Shown here: positions 1 through 8,745 of the stretch, in pieces
Position numbering within the stretch: the first letter of the stretch is position 1
Layout: the number at the start of each line of letters is the position of its first letter
NCBI GenBank assembly: GCA_964481655.1
Contig: CAYZVO010000012.1
Location: forward strand, 4,654-68,653
DNA from: an uncultured Enterobacterales bacterium
GTDB lineage: Bacteria; Myxococcota_A; UBA796; JAFGLY01
Direction: 5' to 3'
Length of the DNA stretch: 64,000 nucleotides
Notes under the pieces: generated by a model
What the model saw: the letters and a program-made list of their open reading frames with translations, nothing else
Database searches by the model: none
What the model was told of the DNA's origin: nothing
Made by a program: the position numbers and the translations under genes

Positions 1-1260
1 GCCCATCACGTGGGGCCGGGAGATCTGGGCGACGCTGTGGTCCATCTCGGTGAAGACCACCTGGACGCGCAGGGCCTCCGGCGCGGCCGCGACCAGCTCG
101 GGTAGTCGCGCCATGACCGACCGATCCTCCCAGAAGGCCTCGGTCTCACCCGGGTCCAGCAGGTGGCCCGGCCAAGCCTCCGGGTCCAGCACGCCGCGCT
201 CGAGCGCGGCGCTGATCACCTCGCCGCTGTAGACCACCCAGGGCTCGGAAGCCTCGGGGTCGTACCAGGGGACCAGGGGCATGTCCTCGTCGGCGTCCAG
301 GCCGCCGTCACGGTCGAGGTCGAAGCCGCTCTTCGCGTGGAGGTCGAGCTGTCCGCTGCCGTTGCGATCCAGGTAGAGCAGACCCGGCAGCTCCATGGGT
401 TCGTACAGGCCGCCGTAGACCTCGGACAGGGACAGCGCGTCCGACCAGGCCACGTCGTCGTAGCTGAGGACGCAGCCGCTGTCGTCGCAGCCCCCGGCCT
501 CGAAGTCGGTGTTGCGGAAGTCGTCCCAGGCCACGCCGTTGCCGTCGGCGTCCTGATCGAGATCGGGGTCCATCACCGTCAGGCCGAGGTCGCCGGTGAC
601 GATCTGGGGCAGGTGGGGGCTCTCGGCGGCGGACAGCCCGATCACGGCCTCTTCGAGCCCGTCGTCGATACCGGCGAGGGCCTGGGCCGCCGGGATCAGG
701 CCCGCGGACGCCGCCGCGACCACCACGCCGTCACAGACAGGGCCGCCCGTGAGCTGGCGCAGGGTCGTGCCGTCCACGGTCTCGCCGAGGCCCGCGGCGA
801 AGCGGATGGTGTCGGCCAGGGCCGCGGCGGTGACGGGCCCGGACTGGTCGAAGCTGCCGGCCCCCACGACATCCCCCGCGCTCCACCCCGGGTAGATGGG
901 CTGGACCTCGATGATCCCCCAGGACCCGGCGAGCACGGCGCTGGCGGTGCCCACGCTCCGCACCGCGGACCGGGACACGACCGCCACGGGAGCGCCGTCG
1001 TCGTAGGCCCGTTCCTCGGGGTCCGCGGGGAAGTAGATCACCGCGTGCAGCTGCTCGAGCGTCTGGCTGGGCAGCTCGACCACCCGCTGGGAGTACGCCG
1101 GGTCCGGCAGGTAGGGCACCGCCTCGGGCAGATCGTCCGGAGGGTCCTCGGCCACGCAGCGCCGCCCGGGGGCGTCGCTGTCCCCTGGCCCGCCGCTGTC
1201 CGCGACGGGTCTACAGGCCGCGGCGACCACCATGGTGGCGCAGAGGAAGCGAAGGCTCAT
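1..1260 (-). CDS. Acidic secreted lipoprotein of unknown function; 3' end runs off the window
   Basis: ATG at 1260..1258. The reverse-strand translation MSLRFLCATMVVAAAC... has a signal peptide plus Cys. The frame stays open to position 1 (last codons ...ISRPHVMG). It is absent from the ORF track because no stop lies inside the window. Contains DxDxDG-like motifs (DPDLDQDADGNG, DLDRDGGLDADED). Confidence 0.6.
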   Translation of the reverse strand, partial: MSLRFLCATMVVAAACRPVADSGGPGDSDAPGRRCVAEDPPDDLPEAVPYLPDPAYSQRVVELPSQTLEQLHAVIYFPADPEERAYDDGAPVAVVSRSAVRSVGTASAVLAGSWGIIEVQPIYPGWSAGDVVGAGSFDQSGPVTAAALADTIRFAAGLGETVDGTTLRQLTGGPVCDGVVVAAASAGLIPAAQALAGIDDGLEEAVIGLSAAESPHLPQIVTGDLGLTVMDPDLDQDADGNGVAWDDFRNTDFEAGGCDDSGCVLSYDDVAWSDALSLSEVYGGLYEPMELPGLLYLDRNGSGQLDLHAKSGFDLDRDGGLDADEDMPLVPWYDPEASEPWVVYSGEVISAALERGVLDPEAWPGHLLDPGETEAFWEDRSVMARLPELVAAAPEALRVQVVFTEMDHSVAQISRPHVMG

Positions 1261-1307
1261 GCCCGCCCAAGGTACCCCGCCGCGCCCCGGGCCGATACCC
1301 GGCGTGA

Positions 1308-3548
1308 TCAGCCGTCGCGGGGTTCCCGGCGCCGCACCACACCGAGGGCCAGCAGGCCCAGCAACGCAGCGCCACCCGCCGGCAGCGCGTCCACCCCAGC
1401 GACCTGCCCGCAGCCGCAGCCGCCGGGCTCGTCGTCACCGGTGTCGTCCAGCCCGCTGTCATCGGTTGGCGCATCCAGCACGAGCTCGGTGGAGATGGTC
1501 ATGTCCACCGCTGCGCAGTTCATGTGCCGCATGGCCAGGTAGTAGGTGGTGTCGTTGGCCAGCTCCATGGACTCGCTGTCGAAGGTGATGGAGCGGGGGC
1601 TGCCGGCGAACTCGACGTCGTAGTCGAGGGCGTAGGGAACATCCAGGTAGAAGCCCATGCCCGTGTTGACCGACTCCATGTCGAAGGTCACCAGATCACC
1701 CTCTCGCACCAGGAAGCTGTACTCCAGGGTGTCGTCGTCGATGTCGCCGAAGTCCAGCCGCCGCAGGGTGAAGCCCATCGTGACGCTCTCCACCGCCCCC
1801 TCGCTGGCCGGCGGGGTGGTGAAGGCCAGCTGGAAGGGCATGGTGAAGGCGAAGCCTCCCTCGCGGGCCATGTCGCAGGCCGACCCGGGCAGCTCGGTCA
1901 GCCCCATGATCAGGTTGACCTGGACATCCACCGGCTGCTCGAGGTCCAGCTCGAGGGCCCGACCACAGCGCAGCATGCCGCGCTCCTGCATCAGGGCCTC
2001 GACCTCGCCCACCAGATCGGCGTCGAGGCCGCCCGCCTCGGAGCGCTCCCAGGCCACATCGATGCACAGCTGGGCCAGCTCGGCGTAAGTGGGGGAGTCC
2101 GAGAGCATCCCCAGCGCGGTGTAGACGATGATCTCGGCCTCGTCCATGCCCACGACCTGTGCCATGTCCCAGGTGGCCGCGCCCACGATCTCGCCGTCGT
2201 CGTGGGACTCACCGGTCAGGTCCTCGGGACAGACGGTGTCGTTGTCCATGTCGCGCACGGGGATGTACTCGCCCACCATGGAGTCGCCCTGGTAGGAGCC
2301 CGCCCAGAAGTCGGCGACGCCCTCGTGGATGCCGCCGATGGCGTTGTTCCAGCCGTAGTCGTCGTAGACGATGAAGTCCGAGGGGAACGCGGTGCGGGCC
2401 TCGATGATGGCGTGGCCGTGCTCGTGGGCGATGATGTCGGTGTCGTAGCTGAAGTCGCCCAGGCTGCCCTGACCGAAGACGAGCATGTCGTTGCCGAACA
2501 TGTCCTGGGAGAAGTAGGCGTTGTCGTAGGTGCTCCCCTCGTCCTCGCGGTAGTTCACGAAGGCCTGCAGCTGGGAGTCGAACTCGTGGCCCAGGGTGTC
2601 CGTGAAGTAGCGCCGCAGGGTGGAGAGGTGGAAGTAGGTGTGCACCTCGGCGAAGGGATCATCGGCAGCGTCCTCGTCCGGTTCGTAGAGGAAGTCGCCG
2701 CCCTCGTCGGGGAGCGCGAGCTGAGTGGAGGTCTGGCTGCCGCCGTCGAAGACGATGCTCTCCACGTGCACGTCGGCCCCCGTCATGCCGTCCTGATCAC
2801 CGCTGAGGTCCTGCAGCTCCACCTCGATGGTGGCGCCGTCCAGGGGGCTCTGATCCCAGGCCAGGCCCCGGGCCTCCCGGCGCCGGTCGGACACCGCCAG
2901 GACCGCGCCGCTGTGGGCGTCCACGCTCACCAGCACCGAGCGGACAGGGGTGGTGGAGGACAGCGCCACCTGCCACACCAACGCGGCGTGCCCACCCCGG
3001 GGCAGCACCACCAGCCGCGGCTGGGGCTCGCCGTCCAGGGGCCCGGGCAGCCCCGCCGCGTCCACCGCGATGGCGAGCGCGCGGTCGCCAAGGACCACCG
3101 GGCTGGTGTCCACGGACGGCACCCGCTGCTGGCTGACGCGGAGCATGGACACCCGGCCGTCGGCCCGCACCAGGACGCTGGCGTCCACACCCTGCACGGG
3201 GACGCCGTCGATCCGTCGCTGCAGCCGGACGATGGTGTCCTCCCGGACCGGGAGCACCGCTGCGGGTTCAGCGCTGTCCCAGCCCGGCCCGATCAGGGCC
3301 GCGTGGGCGCGCAGGAAGTCCTGAGCCACACGCTCGGGGGAGCCCGCCCAGGGCCCCGCCACGAAGCCGGACACGCGCAGCTCACCGGCGGACCGTTCCA
3401 TCAGCAAGGGGCGGGTGTGGGAGGCCTCGAGCTGGGTCAGCAGCGCGTCGGGCGCCAGCTCCGAGGCCGAGAGGGGCCCCGCGAGAAGGGTGGCGAGGGC
3501 GAGGGCGCAGAGGGGCATGGAGGCTCCAGCGGCGGAGTGTGGGCGCAA
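1308..3548 (-). CDS. Secreted gluzincin (M4/M36-like) zinc metalloprotease with an N-terminal propeptide-like region and a MYXO-CTERM-like C-terminal sorting tail
   Basis: 746-aa ORF with a signal peptide (MPLCALALATLLAGPLSA). Has the HExxH motif AHEHGHAI followed by GIHEGVADFW as a third-ligand Glu motif. The C-terminus GGCGCGQ...ALLGLLALGVVRRR matches the Cys-Gly-rich, then TM, then Arg pattern of the myxobacterial MYXO-CTERM signal. An alternative start is the second Met at 3518. Confidence 0.8.
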   Translation of the reverse strand: MRPHSAAGASMPLCALALATLLAGPLSASELAPDALLTQLEASHTRPLLMERSAGELRVSGFVAGPWAGSPERVAQDFLRAHAALIGPGWDSAEPAAVLPVREDTIVRLQRRIDGVPVQGVDASVLVRADGRVSMLRVSQQRVPSVDTSPVVLGDRALAIAVDAAGLPGPLDGEPQPRLVVLPRGGHAALVWQVALSSTTPVRSVLVSVDAHSGAVLAVSDRRREARGLAWDQSPLDGATIEVELQDLSGDQDGMTGADVHVESIVFDGGSQTSTQLALPDEGGDFLYEPDEDAADDPFAEVHTYFHLSTLRRYFTDTLGHEFDSQLQAFVNYREDEGSTYDNAYFSQDMFGNDMLVFGQGSLGDFSYDTDIIAHEHGHAIIEARTAFPSDFIVYDDYGWNNAIGGIHEGVADFWAGSYQGDSMVGEYIPVRDMDNDTVCPEDLTGESHDDGEIVGAATWDMAQVVGMDEAEIIVYTALGMLSDSPTYAELAQLCIDVAWERSEAGGLDADLVGEVEALMQERGMLRCGRALELDLEQPVDVQVNLIMGLTELPGSACDMAREGGFAFTMPFQLAFTTPPASEGAVESVTMGFTLRRLDFGDIDDDTLEYSFLVREGDLVTFDMESVNTGMGFYLDVPYALDYDVEFAGSPRSITFDSESMELANDTTYYLAMRHMNCAAVDMTISTELVLDAPTDDSGLDDTGDDEPGGCGCGQVAGVDALPAGGAALLGLLALGVVRRREPRDG

Positions 3549-3597
3549 ACCTACTGCGCCCCGGTCCGACCAGGGTGCACCCTACGAGAACCTGACA

Positions 3598-3810
3598 TCA
3601 GACGGAGAACAACACCACCAGCCCGGTGATGCCGGCCACCGCCCCGAGGGACACCAGGCAGCCCACACCCGCCAGCGCCAGCGGAAACACCGGGCGACCG
3701 CCGTCCTCACCGGCGCGACGCCGAGCGACCACGAACCAGCCCGCGCCCACCAGGACCAGGAGCATGCCCACCAGGGCGATGAGCAGGGCGACGAGCAGCA
3801 CGAGGACCAT
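3598..3810 (-). CDS. Small two-TM membrane protein, function unknown
   Basis: 70-aa ORF with two hydrophobic segments separated by RRRAGEDGG. An AGGAG sits upstream of the ATG. High GC3. It fits exactly between the flanking same-strand genes. Confidence 0.5.
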   Translation of the reverse strand: MVLVLLVALLIALVGMLLVLVGAGWFVVARRRAGEDGGRPVFPLALAGVGCLVSLGAVAGITGLVVLFSV

Positions 3811-3824
3811 GGGATCTCCTGGGG

Positions 3825-4976
3825 TCAGCGCTTGCGGCGACGGCGGCGACGACGGCCTTCACCACGCTCGGCGGCCGCGGCGGGCTCCGGCGTGGCGCTG
3901 GGATGGACCGCGGCGTCGAGCAGCCCGGGCAGCTCCGGCAGCAGCGGCCAGGCCGAGGCGCAGCGCAGGCTGCCGAACTTCAAGCGCCGCACGGATTCGG
4001 GGGAGCCGGCTTCTGGGGGATCCGCGTCGTGGAAGTCCACGGCGCTGGGGTGGCCGCACCACCAGCGGTGCCGGGGGTACCAGCCGGTGATCCGCAGGGC
4101 GAGCTCCCCGCTGGCGAGGCCGAAGCGGCGCCGCTGCAGGTGCACCAGGCCGGGCTCGCGCCCCAGCTCGAGGCGCATGCTCAGGGCGGCGGGCCAGATC
4201 AGGAAGGCCGCGGAGACCACCGCCACAGCCGCCCCCACCCAGCTCCACACAGGGCCCAGCTCCAGCGCGGGCGCCGCGGCGGCAAGGGCCGTCGACGCCG
4301 CGAGGATGCCACCCCAGATCAGGATGTCGGCGGGCTGATCCTCGAGCCCCACCATGGGCAGCTCCACCCGGGTGAGGCCGCCCTCGCGGACGATCCGGGG
4401 CCTGAACCACCCCAGGGTTCCCTGAGCCCAGCGCAGGGGCCGCAGCCCCAGGGGCGTGTTGTGGCCGAGGCGCTCGAGGCGCTCATCGGGCGCGCCGTAG
4501 CGAGCCCGCAGGGCCCCCTGCAGGGCCGGGGCCAGGGCGGGGGCGTCCGCCCGGGCGCCCACCCACAGCTCGTCGAGCCGGGCGCCCTCGAGGAACAGCT
4601 CGGTGGCGACGTTGCGGCTGTCGGAGCCTCCATCCCCGTAGTCCCCCAGGCCCATGACCCGCGCCTGCACGGCCTTGGGCAGCAGCAGGCGCCGCAGGGT
4701 CAGCCCCAGCAGCCGGTAGCGGAGCATGGGACCGTCAGGCCCCAGCCGCAGCTCGAAGCGGGCGGTGAGCTGACCGAGGAAGCCCAGCACGATGGCCCCC
4801 ACGGCGAAGCCGCCGGTCACCGCGGGCCCCAGGGGATCGAGCCCCAGGAAGGCCACGCCGCCACCCACCAGCGCCACGAGGATCCACCAGCCCATGGCGA
4901 CGAGGTGATCCCGACCGCCGAAGGTGGTCACGCCGTCGCGATCGCTGCGCTGGAAGCCGGGGGTGCGGGCGCTCAT
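3825..4976 (-). CDS. Integral membrane protein, function unknown
   Basis: The track ORF 3825..5135 is trimmed to the internal ATG at 4976 (MSARTPGFQ...). The longer version would overlap the upstream gene, whose stop is at 4981..4983. Contains several TM segments (WWILVALVGGGVAFLGL, AAVAVVSAAFLIW). Confidence 0.55.
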   Translation of the reverse strand: MSARTPGFQRSDRDGVTTFGGRDHLVAMGWWILVALVGGGVAFLGLDPLGPAVTGGFAVGAIVLGFLGQLTARFELRLGPDGPMLRYRLLGLTLRRLLLPKAVQARVMGLGDYGDGGSDSRNVATELFLEGARLDELWVGARADAPALAPALQGALRARYGAPDERLERLGHNTPLGLRPLRWAQGTLGWFRPRIVREGGLTRVELPMVGLEDQPADILIWGGILAASTALAAAAPALELGPVWSWVGAAVAVVSAAFLIWPAALSMRLELGREPGLVHLQRRRFGLASGELALRITGWYPRHRWWCGHPSAVDFHDADPPEAGSPESVRRLKFGSLRCASAWPLLPELPGLLDAAVHPSATPEPAAAAERGEGRRRRRRRKR

Positions 4977-4980
4977 GGGA

Positions 4981-7677
4981 TCAGCGCTCGCCCTGCTGCT
5001 CCGCCTCGCGTTCCTGGCGCTGGCGCTCGTAGGACTCCTGCCGCTCGCGCTCCTCTTCGGCCTGGCGGCGCTCCTCGGCGGCCTGCTCCTCGAGGAAGGC
5101 GGCCTGGTAGCGGTTGTAGGCCACCAGCACCTCATCGCTGCCCGGGTAGCGCTTGTCGGCCTCCTTGAGCACGATGAGCGCCCGGACGAACTCCTCGCGC
5201 CGGGCGTAGGCCGCGGCGAAGGCCAGGTAGTCGGGCAGATCCCGCAGGGCCTGCAGGGCGGGCCGGGACTCGTTGAGCAGCACCCGGTAGTTGTGGCTGG
5301 AGGTCTCCTCGTACAGGCGGCGCGGCGCCGCGAACTCGATGAGCATGTTGTCGTCGGTGTTCAGCTCCGCCCCCATGGTGAACTCGTCCATGGTGTCCCG
5401 CTCCATCTGGAAGTAGGTGAGCAGGTCGTAGGCGTCGTGGACCTCGATGAGCTCGAGCTCGGCGGCCACCAGGGGGCGGGTGCCGATGACGGTCTGCAGC
5501 CCGTCGATGTCCAGGATCAGGGGTTCGTTGGAGCCCAGGATGACCAGGTCGGCGTCCTCGATGGTGGCGAACAGGGCCACGTGGGGGAACACGGTGCTGA
5601 AGGTGTGCAGCAGGGCGCGCACCTCTTCGGTGCCCATGCCGTACATCTGCACCCACTGGGACCAGATCCCATCGTCGGTCAGCCGGCTCTTGCCCAGCTC
5701 GAAGAACTCCCGGGTGAACAGGTTGGACACGCCGGTGAGCCAGGGGTTCGACGGCTCGCTGACCACGATGTCGTAGGTGCCCGGCGGGGTCAGCATCATG
5801 TGGTTCCGGGCGTCGTTGATGATGGGCACCACCCGGGGGTCGTCCAGGGGGCGGTGGTTGTGCTCGTCGAAGAAGTGGGAGGCCTCGAAGATGCTGGGCT
5901 CGAGCTCCACCAGGTCGATGCGCGCCGACTCGGGGTGCAGGGTCACCGCGCCCGCGGTGATGCCCGACGCCAGGCCGATGACGCAGGCGTTCTCGACGTC
6001 GCGGCCGAAGAAGTAGGGCAGGTGCCCCACCATGACCTGGGTGGGCATGTCGGAGGTGGTGGAGGCGTCGACCTTGCCGTTGTTGGCCAGCCAGATGTTC
6101 CCCGTCTTGCGGTTCTGGGCCACGGTGACCACCGAGGACAGGCCCTCGTTGTAGTAGAGCAGCTCGTAGGGCTCCACGGCGTAGCGGAGCACGTGGGCCC
6201 GGGTGCGCTCGGCCAGCTCGGTCACGTACTTGAACATGCCGGCGGTCATCAGCAGGGGCTCCCAGGGCGGGGGCTTGAGGGCGCCCACCACGACCACCAG
6301 CAGCCCGACGGCCGCCGCAGCGCCGAAGCGGGGCAGGTGCCGGCGCCCGGCCACGACCCAGGCGGCCCCCAGCGCCACAGCCGCCCCCAGCACGTTGATG
6401 CCGTTGGCGAAGGTGATGGTGCCGACCACGTGCAGGTTGGGCAGCAGGATCAGGGCGGCGCCCATGGAGCCGACGATGGCCCCGATGGTGTTCACGCCGT
6501 AGACCTTGCCCACCGGGCCCGCCAGGCTGCCGGTGTCGGCCACCAGGGAGCGCACGGCCAGGGTGAAGGCGGCGCCCATCATGATGGCGGGCGGGGTCAT
6601 CACGGCCATGGACAGGCCCAGCCAGGTGGGCCAGAAGAACCCCTGCTTGCCCTCGATGAGGTCGAACAGCTCGACGTACATGAACGGCAGCTGCTCGAAG
6701 CCGTACATCATGGCCCAGGTGGTGACGGCCACCAGCAGCTGGGTGGCCGCCAGGCCGCAGAGCACCCCGACCCGGCCGAAGCCACGCAGCAGGGTGTCGG
6801 CCAGCTTGCCCCCGGCCCAGCCCCCCGCGGCGATGCCGGTGAGGAAGGCCAGCAGCATGGTGGAGAAGGCGTAGGTGCTGGCCCCCAGGGTCAGGGTCAT
6901 CAGCCGGAACCAGGCCAGCTCGTAGATCAGGGATGCGCAGCCGGCCAACCCCACGACCACCAGCAGGGCCTTGTCCGGCGCGGGCGGGGGCTCGCTGTCG
7001 GAGGCCTCGACGGTGGGCGGCACGTCGCCGTCGGCCTGCCGGGACAACGCGATGGAGGCGATGAGCAGCCCCACGTTGGTCGCGGCGGCCAGGGCGGTGG
7101 TGGTGGCCAGCCCGAAGGCCGGCAACAGCACGAAGCCGGCCAGGAAGGTGCCGGCCACAGCGCCGAAGGTGTTCACGCCGTACAGCAGGCCCACGCGACT
7201 GCCGGCGGTGTCCATCCGCGTGGTCACGAAGCGCGCCAGCAGGGGCAGCGTGGCCCCCATGCAGGTGGTGGGGATGAGGATGAGGGTGCCCACCAGCAGG
7301 GTCTGGAAGAGTGAGAAGACCCAGGGCGTGGGCTCGAACGCCGACCAGAAGCCCAGGTAGATGGGGGTGACCAGGGACAGCAGGACCGGGAAGATCAGCA
7401 CGTAGGCGCCGATGATGCCCTCGAGCACGCCGTACACCAGCAGGGGCTTGGCCACCCGGTCGGCGTAGCGGGCGCCGATCAGGCCCCCCAGGGAGAGACC
7501 ACCCATGAACGCCGCCAGCACGGTGGCGATGGCCACCTGGCTGGTGCCGAAGACCAGGTGCAGCTCCCGGCTCCAGATGGTCTGGTAGACCAGCGAGGTG
7601 GCGCCGGAGAGGAAGAACAGCGGGACGAGCAGCTTGAGCGCCGCCTCGCGCCGGACGAGGGAGAGATCAGTGTCCAT
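4981..7677 (-). CDS. Fused polytopic-membrane / spermidine-synthase-like (polyamine aminopropyltransferase family) protein with a C-terminal TPR-like and charged tail
   Basis: 898-aa ORF. The N-terminal ~480 aa is multi-TM. This is followed by a class-I methyltransferase-like fold with VIGLASGITAGAV and DIVVSEPSNPW motifs typical of spermidine synthase family proteins. The C-terminus is an E/R/Q-rich tail. Confidence 0.75.
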   Translation of the reverse strand: MDTDLSLVRREAALKLLVPLFFLSGATSLVYQTIWSRELHLVFGTSQVAIATVLAAFMGGLSLGGLIGARYADRVAKPLLVYGVLEGIIGAYVLIFPVLLSLVTPIYLGFWSAFEPTPWVFSLFQTLLVGTLILIPTTCMGATLPLLARFVTTRMDTAGSRVGLLYGVNTFGAVAGTFLAGFVLLPAFGLATTTALAAATNVGLLIASIALSRQADGDVPPTVEASDSEPPPAPDKALLVVVGLAGCASLIYELAWFRLMTLTLGASTYAFSTMLLAFLTGIAAGGWAGGKLADTLLRGFGRVGVLCGLAATQLLVAVTTWAMMYGFEQLPFMYVELFDLIEGKQGFFWPTWLGLSMAVMTPPAIMMGAAFTLAVRSLVADTGSLAGPVGKVYGVNTIGAIVGSMGAALILLPNLHVVGTITFANGINVLGAAVALGAAWVVAGRRHLPRFGAAAAVGLLVVVVGALKPPPWEPLLMTAGMFKYVTELAERTRAHVLRYAVEPYELLYYNEGLSSVVTVAQNRKTGNIWLANNGKVDASTTSDMPTQVMVGHLPYFFGRDVENACVIGLASGITAGAVTLHPESARIDLVELEPSIFEASHFFDEHNHRPLDDPRVVPIINDARNHMMLTPPGTYDIVVSEPSNPWLTGVSNLFTREFFELGKSRLTDDGIWSQWVQMYGMGTEEVRALLHTFSTVFPHVALFATIEDADLVILGSNEPLILDIDGLQTVIGTRPLVAAELELIEVHDAYDLLTYFQMERDTMDEFTMGAELNTDDNMLIEFAAPRRLYEETSSHNYRVLLNESRPALQALRDLPDYLAFAAAYARREEFVRALIVLKEADKRYPGSDEVLVAYNRYQAAFLEEQAAEERRQAEEERERQESYERQRQEREAEQQGER

Positions 7678-7753
7678 GGAGCCGTCGAAGCAGGGGATGC
7701 CGCTGTCTATCCGCGGGGGGGCCTATCGTCCGCTCCCGAGCCGCTGCGGTTCC

Positions 7754-8260
7754 CTACACCCTGAACAAGCCGGGCTCGACGACGCGTACCCGCTCGTGGT
7801 CCAGGCCCAGCTGCTGCATGGCTTCCTGCGAGACGGGCTGGATCTCGCGGGTCACCTGGCGCTGGCGCATCCACTCGGCGACCTCGCTGTCCGAGAAGCG
7901 GATGTGCCCGACGAACCAGTCGTAAAGCAGGTAGTGGAGCTTCAGCGCGAGGGGGCGGCTGGGACCATCCACCAGGGCGCGCTCGGACAGCTCGCGGATC
8001 TCGCGGCGGAAGTGGGTGTGCTGCCAGCGGTGGGCCTCGGCCCGGGGAAAGCCCAGCTGCTCCATGGCTTGTTCTTCGGTGGCGAAGTGAAAGCTGACAT
8101 AGGCGTCCAGGTACTTCAGGCCGTTGCAGAGCTCGTCGGGCGACAGCTCGCCGTCATCGGGGAAGAGCAGGGCGTTGCCCCAGGCGAACAGCTGGCGATG
8201 CTGCTCGTCCACGGCCTCGAGCCCGGTCATCAGATCATCGGACAGCACCAGGCGCTGCAT
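7754..8260 (-). CDS. Hemerythrin-like metal-binding protein (bacteriohemerythrin family)
   Basis: 168-aa ORF with the hemerythrin His/Glu ligand pattern: VDEQHRQLF, HFATEE, HRWQHTHF and WFVGHIRFSD. A GGAGAC RBS precedes the ATG. Confidence 0.8.
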   Translation of the reverse strand: MQRLVLSDDLMTGLEAVDEQHRQLFAWGNALLFPDDGELSPDELCNGLKYLDAYVSFHFATEEQAMEQLGFPRAEAHRWQHTHFRREIRELSERALVDGPSRPLALKLHYLLYDWFVGHIRFSDSEVAEWMRQRQVTREIQPVSQEAMQQLGLDHERVRVVEPGLFRV

Positions 8261-8284
8261 GGAGTCTCCGGAGCGAATCAGAGG

Positions 8285-8455
8285 TCAGTTGGCGATGGAC
8301 GCGTCGGTGTAGACGGTCTCGGCCTTCTCGCCCAGCTCGGCCAGGGGCCTCGAGATGTCGGCGAAGAGCCAGTGCACGACGGTGAGCGTCGCGAGGCTGA
8401 TCACGGCGATGACGAGCATGTACTCGGTGGTGGACTGTCCGCGTCGTTTCATCAT
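8285..8455 (-). CDS. flp: Flp/Fap family type IVb pilin (copy 2)
   Basis: Hand-translated sequence, not listed as a separate track ORF: MMKRRGQSTTEYMLVIAVISLATLTVVHWLFADISRPLAELGEKAETVYTDASIAN. It has the G/xSTxEY prepilin motif followed by a hydrophobic helix. Its ATG overlaps the TGA of the upstream pilin (ATGA). A GGAGGTGG RBS is present. Confidence 0.8.
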   Translation of the reverse strand: MMKRRGQSTTEYMLVIAVISLATLTVVHWLFADISRPLAELGEKAETVYTDASIAN

Positions 8456-8652
8456 TGGCCACCTCCGACGTAGCCGTCACGGGTCATGCCCTGCACGTCC
8501 GTGGACATGGAGCGCAGACCCTGGCCGAGGCCGGGCACCAGCAGCTGGGAGACTGACCAGAGGGCGATGACCATGACGCTCACCAGGAGCATGTACTCCA
8601 CGGTGGACTGCGCTGCGCGGGAGCGCCAGGCGTAGGCGAGCTTCGGGCGCAT
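8452..8652 (-). CDS. flp: Flp/Fap family type IVb pilin (copy 1)
   Basis: Corresponds to the last 66 codons of the spurious 1031-aa track ORF 8452..11547: MRPKLAYAWRSRAAQSTVEYMLLVSVMVIALWSVSQLL... It has the QSTVEY motif plus a hydrophobic helix. ATG at 8652..8650, preceded by GGAGGG. Confidence 0.75.
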   Translation of the reverse strand: MRPKLAYAWRSRAAQSTVEYMLLVSVMVIALWSVSQLLVPGLGQGLRSMSTDVQGMTRDGYVGGGQ

Positions 8653-8745
8653 GGACCCTCCAACGGTTCCGGCATAAGGAGAATACGCCACCATCCGCCT
8701 GTTGTCACCCCCGCAGCTCCCCACGCCCCGAGGCACGCCTCCCCC

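Noticed and set aside
163-3629. Long plus-strand ORFs 163..1542 (459 aa) and 1524..3629 (701 aa)
   Set aside because: They are antisense mirror ORFs of the lipoprotein and protease genes. Their composition is Gly/Ala/Val/Arg/His-dominated with no motifs. The minus-strand frames carry clear signal peptides, an HExxH motif and the sorting tail.
4924-7314. Plus-strand ORF of 796 aa
   Set aside because: It mirrors the spermidine-synthase-like fusion gene. It is low-complexity G/H/Q/V-rich, has no RBS and overlaps real genes on both sides.
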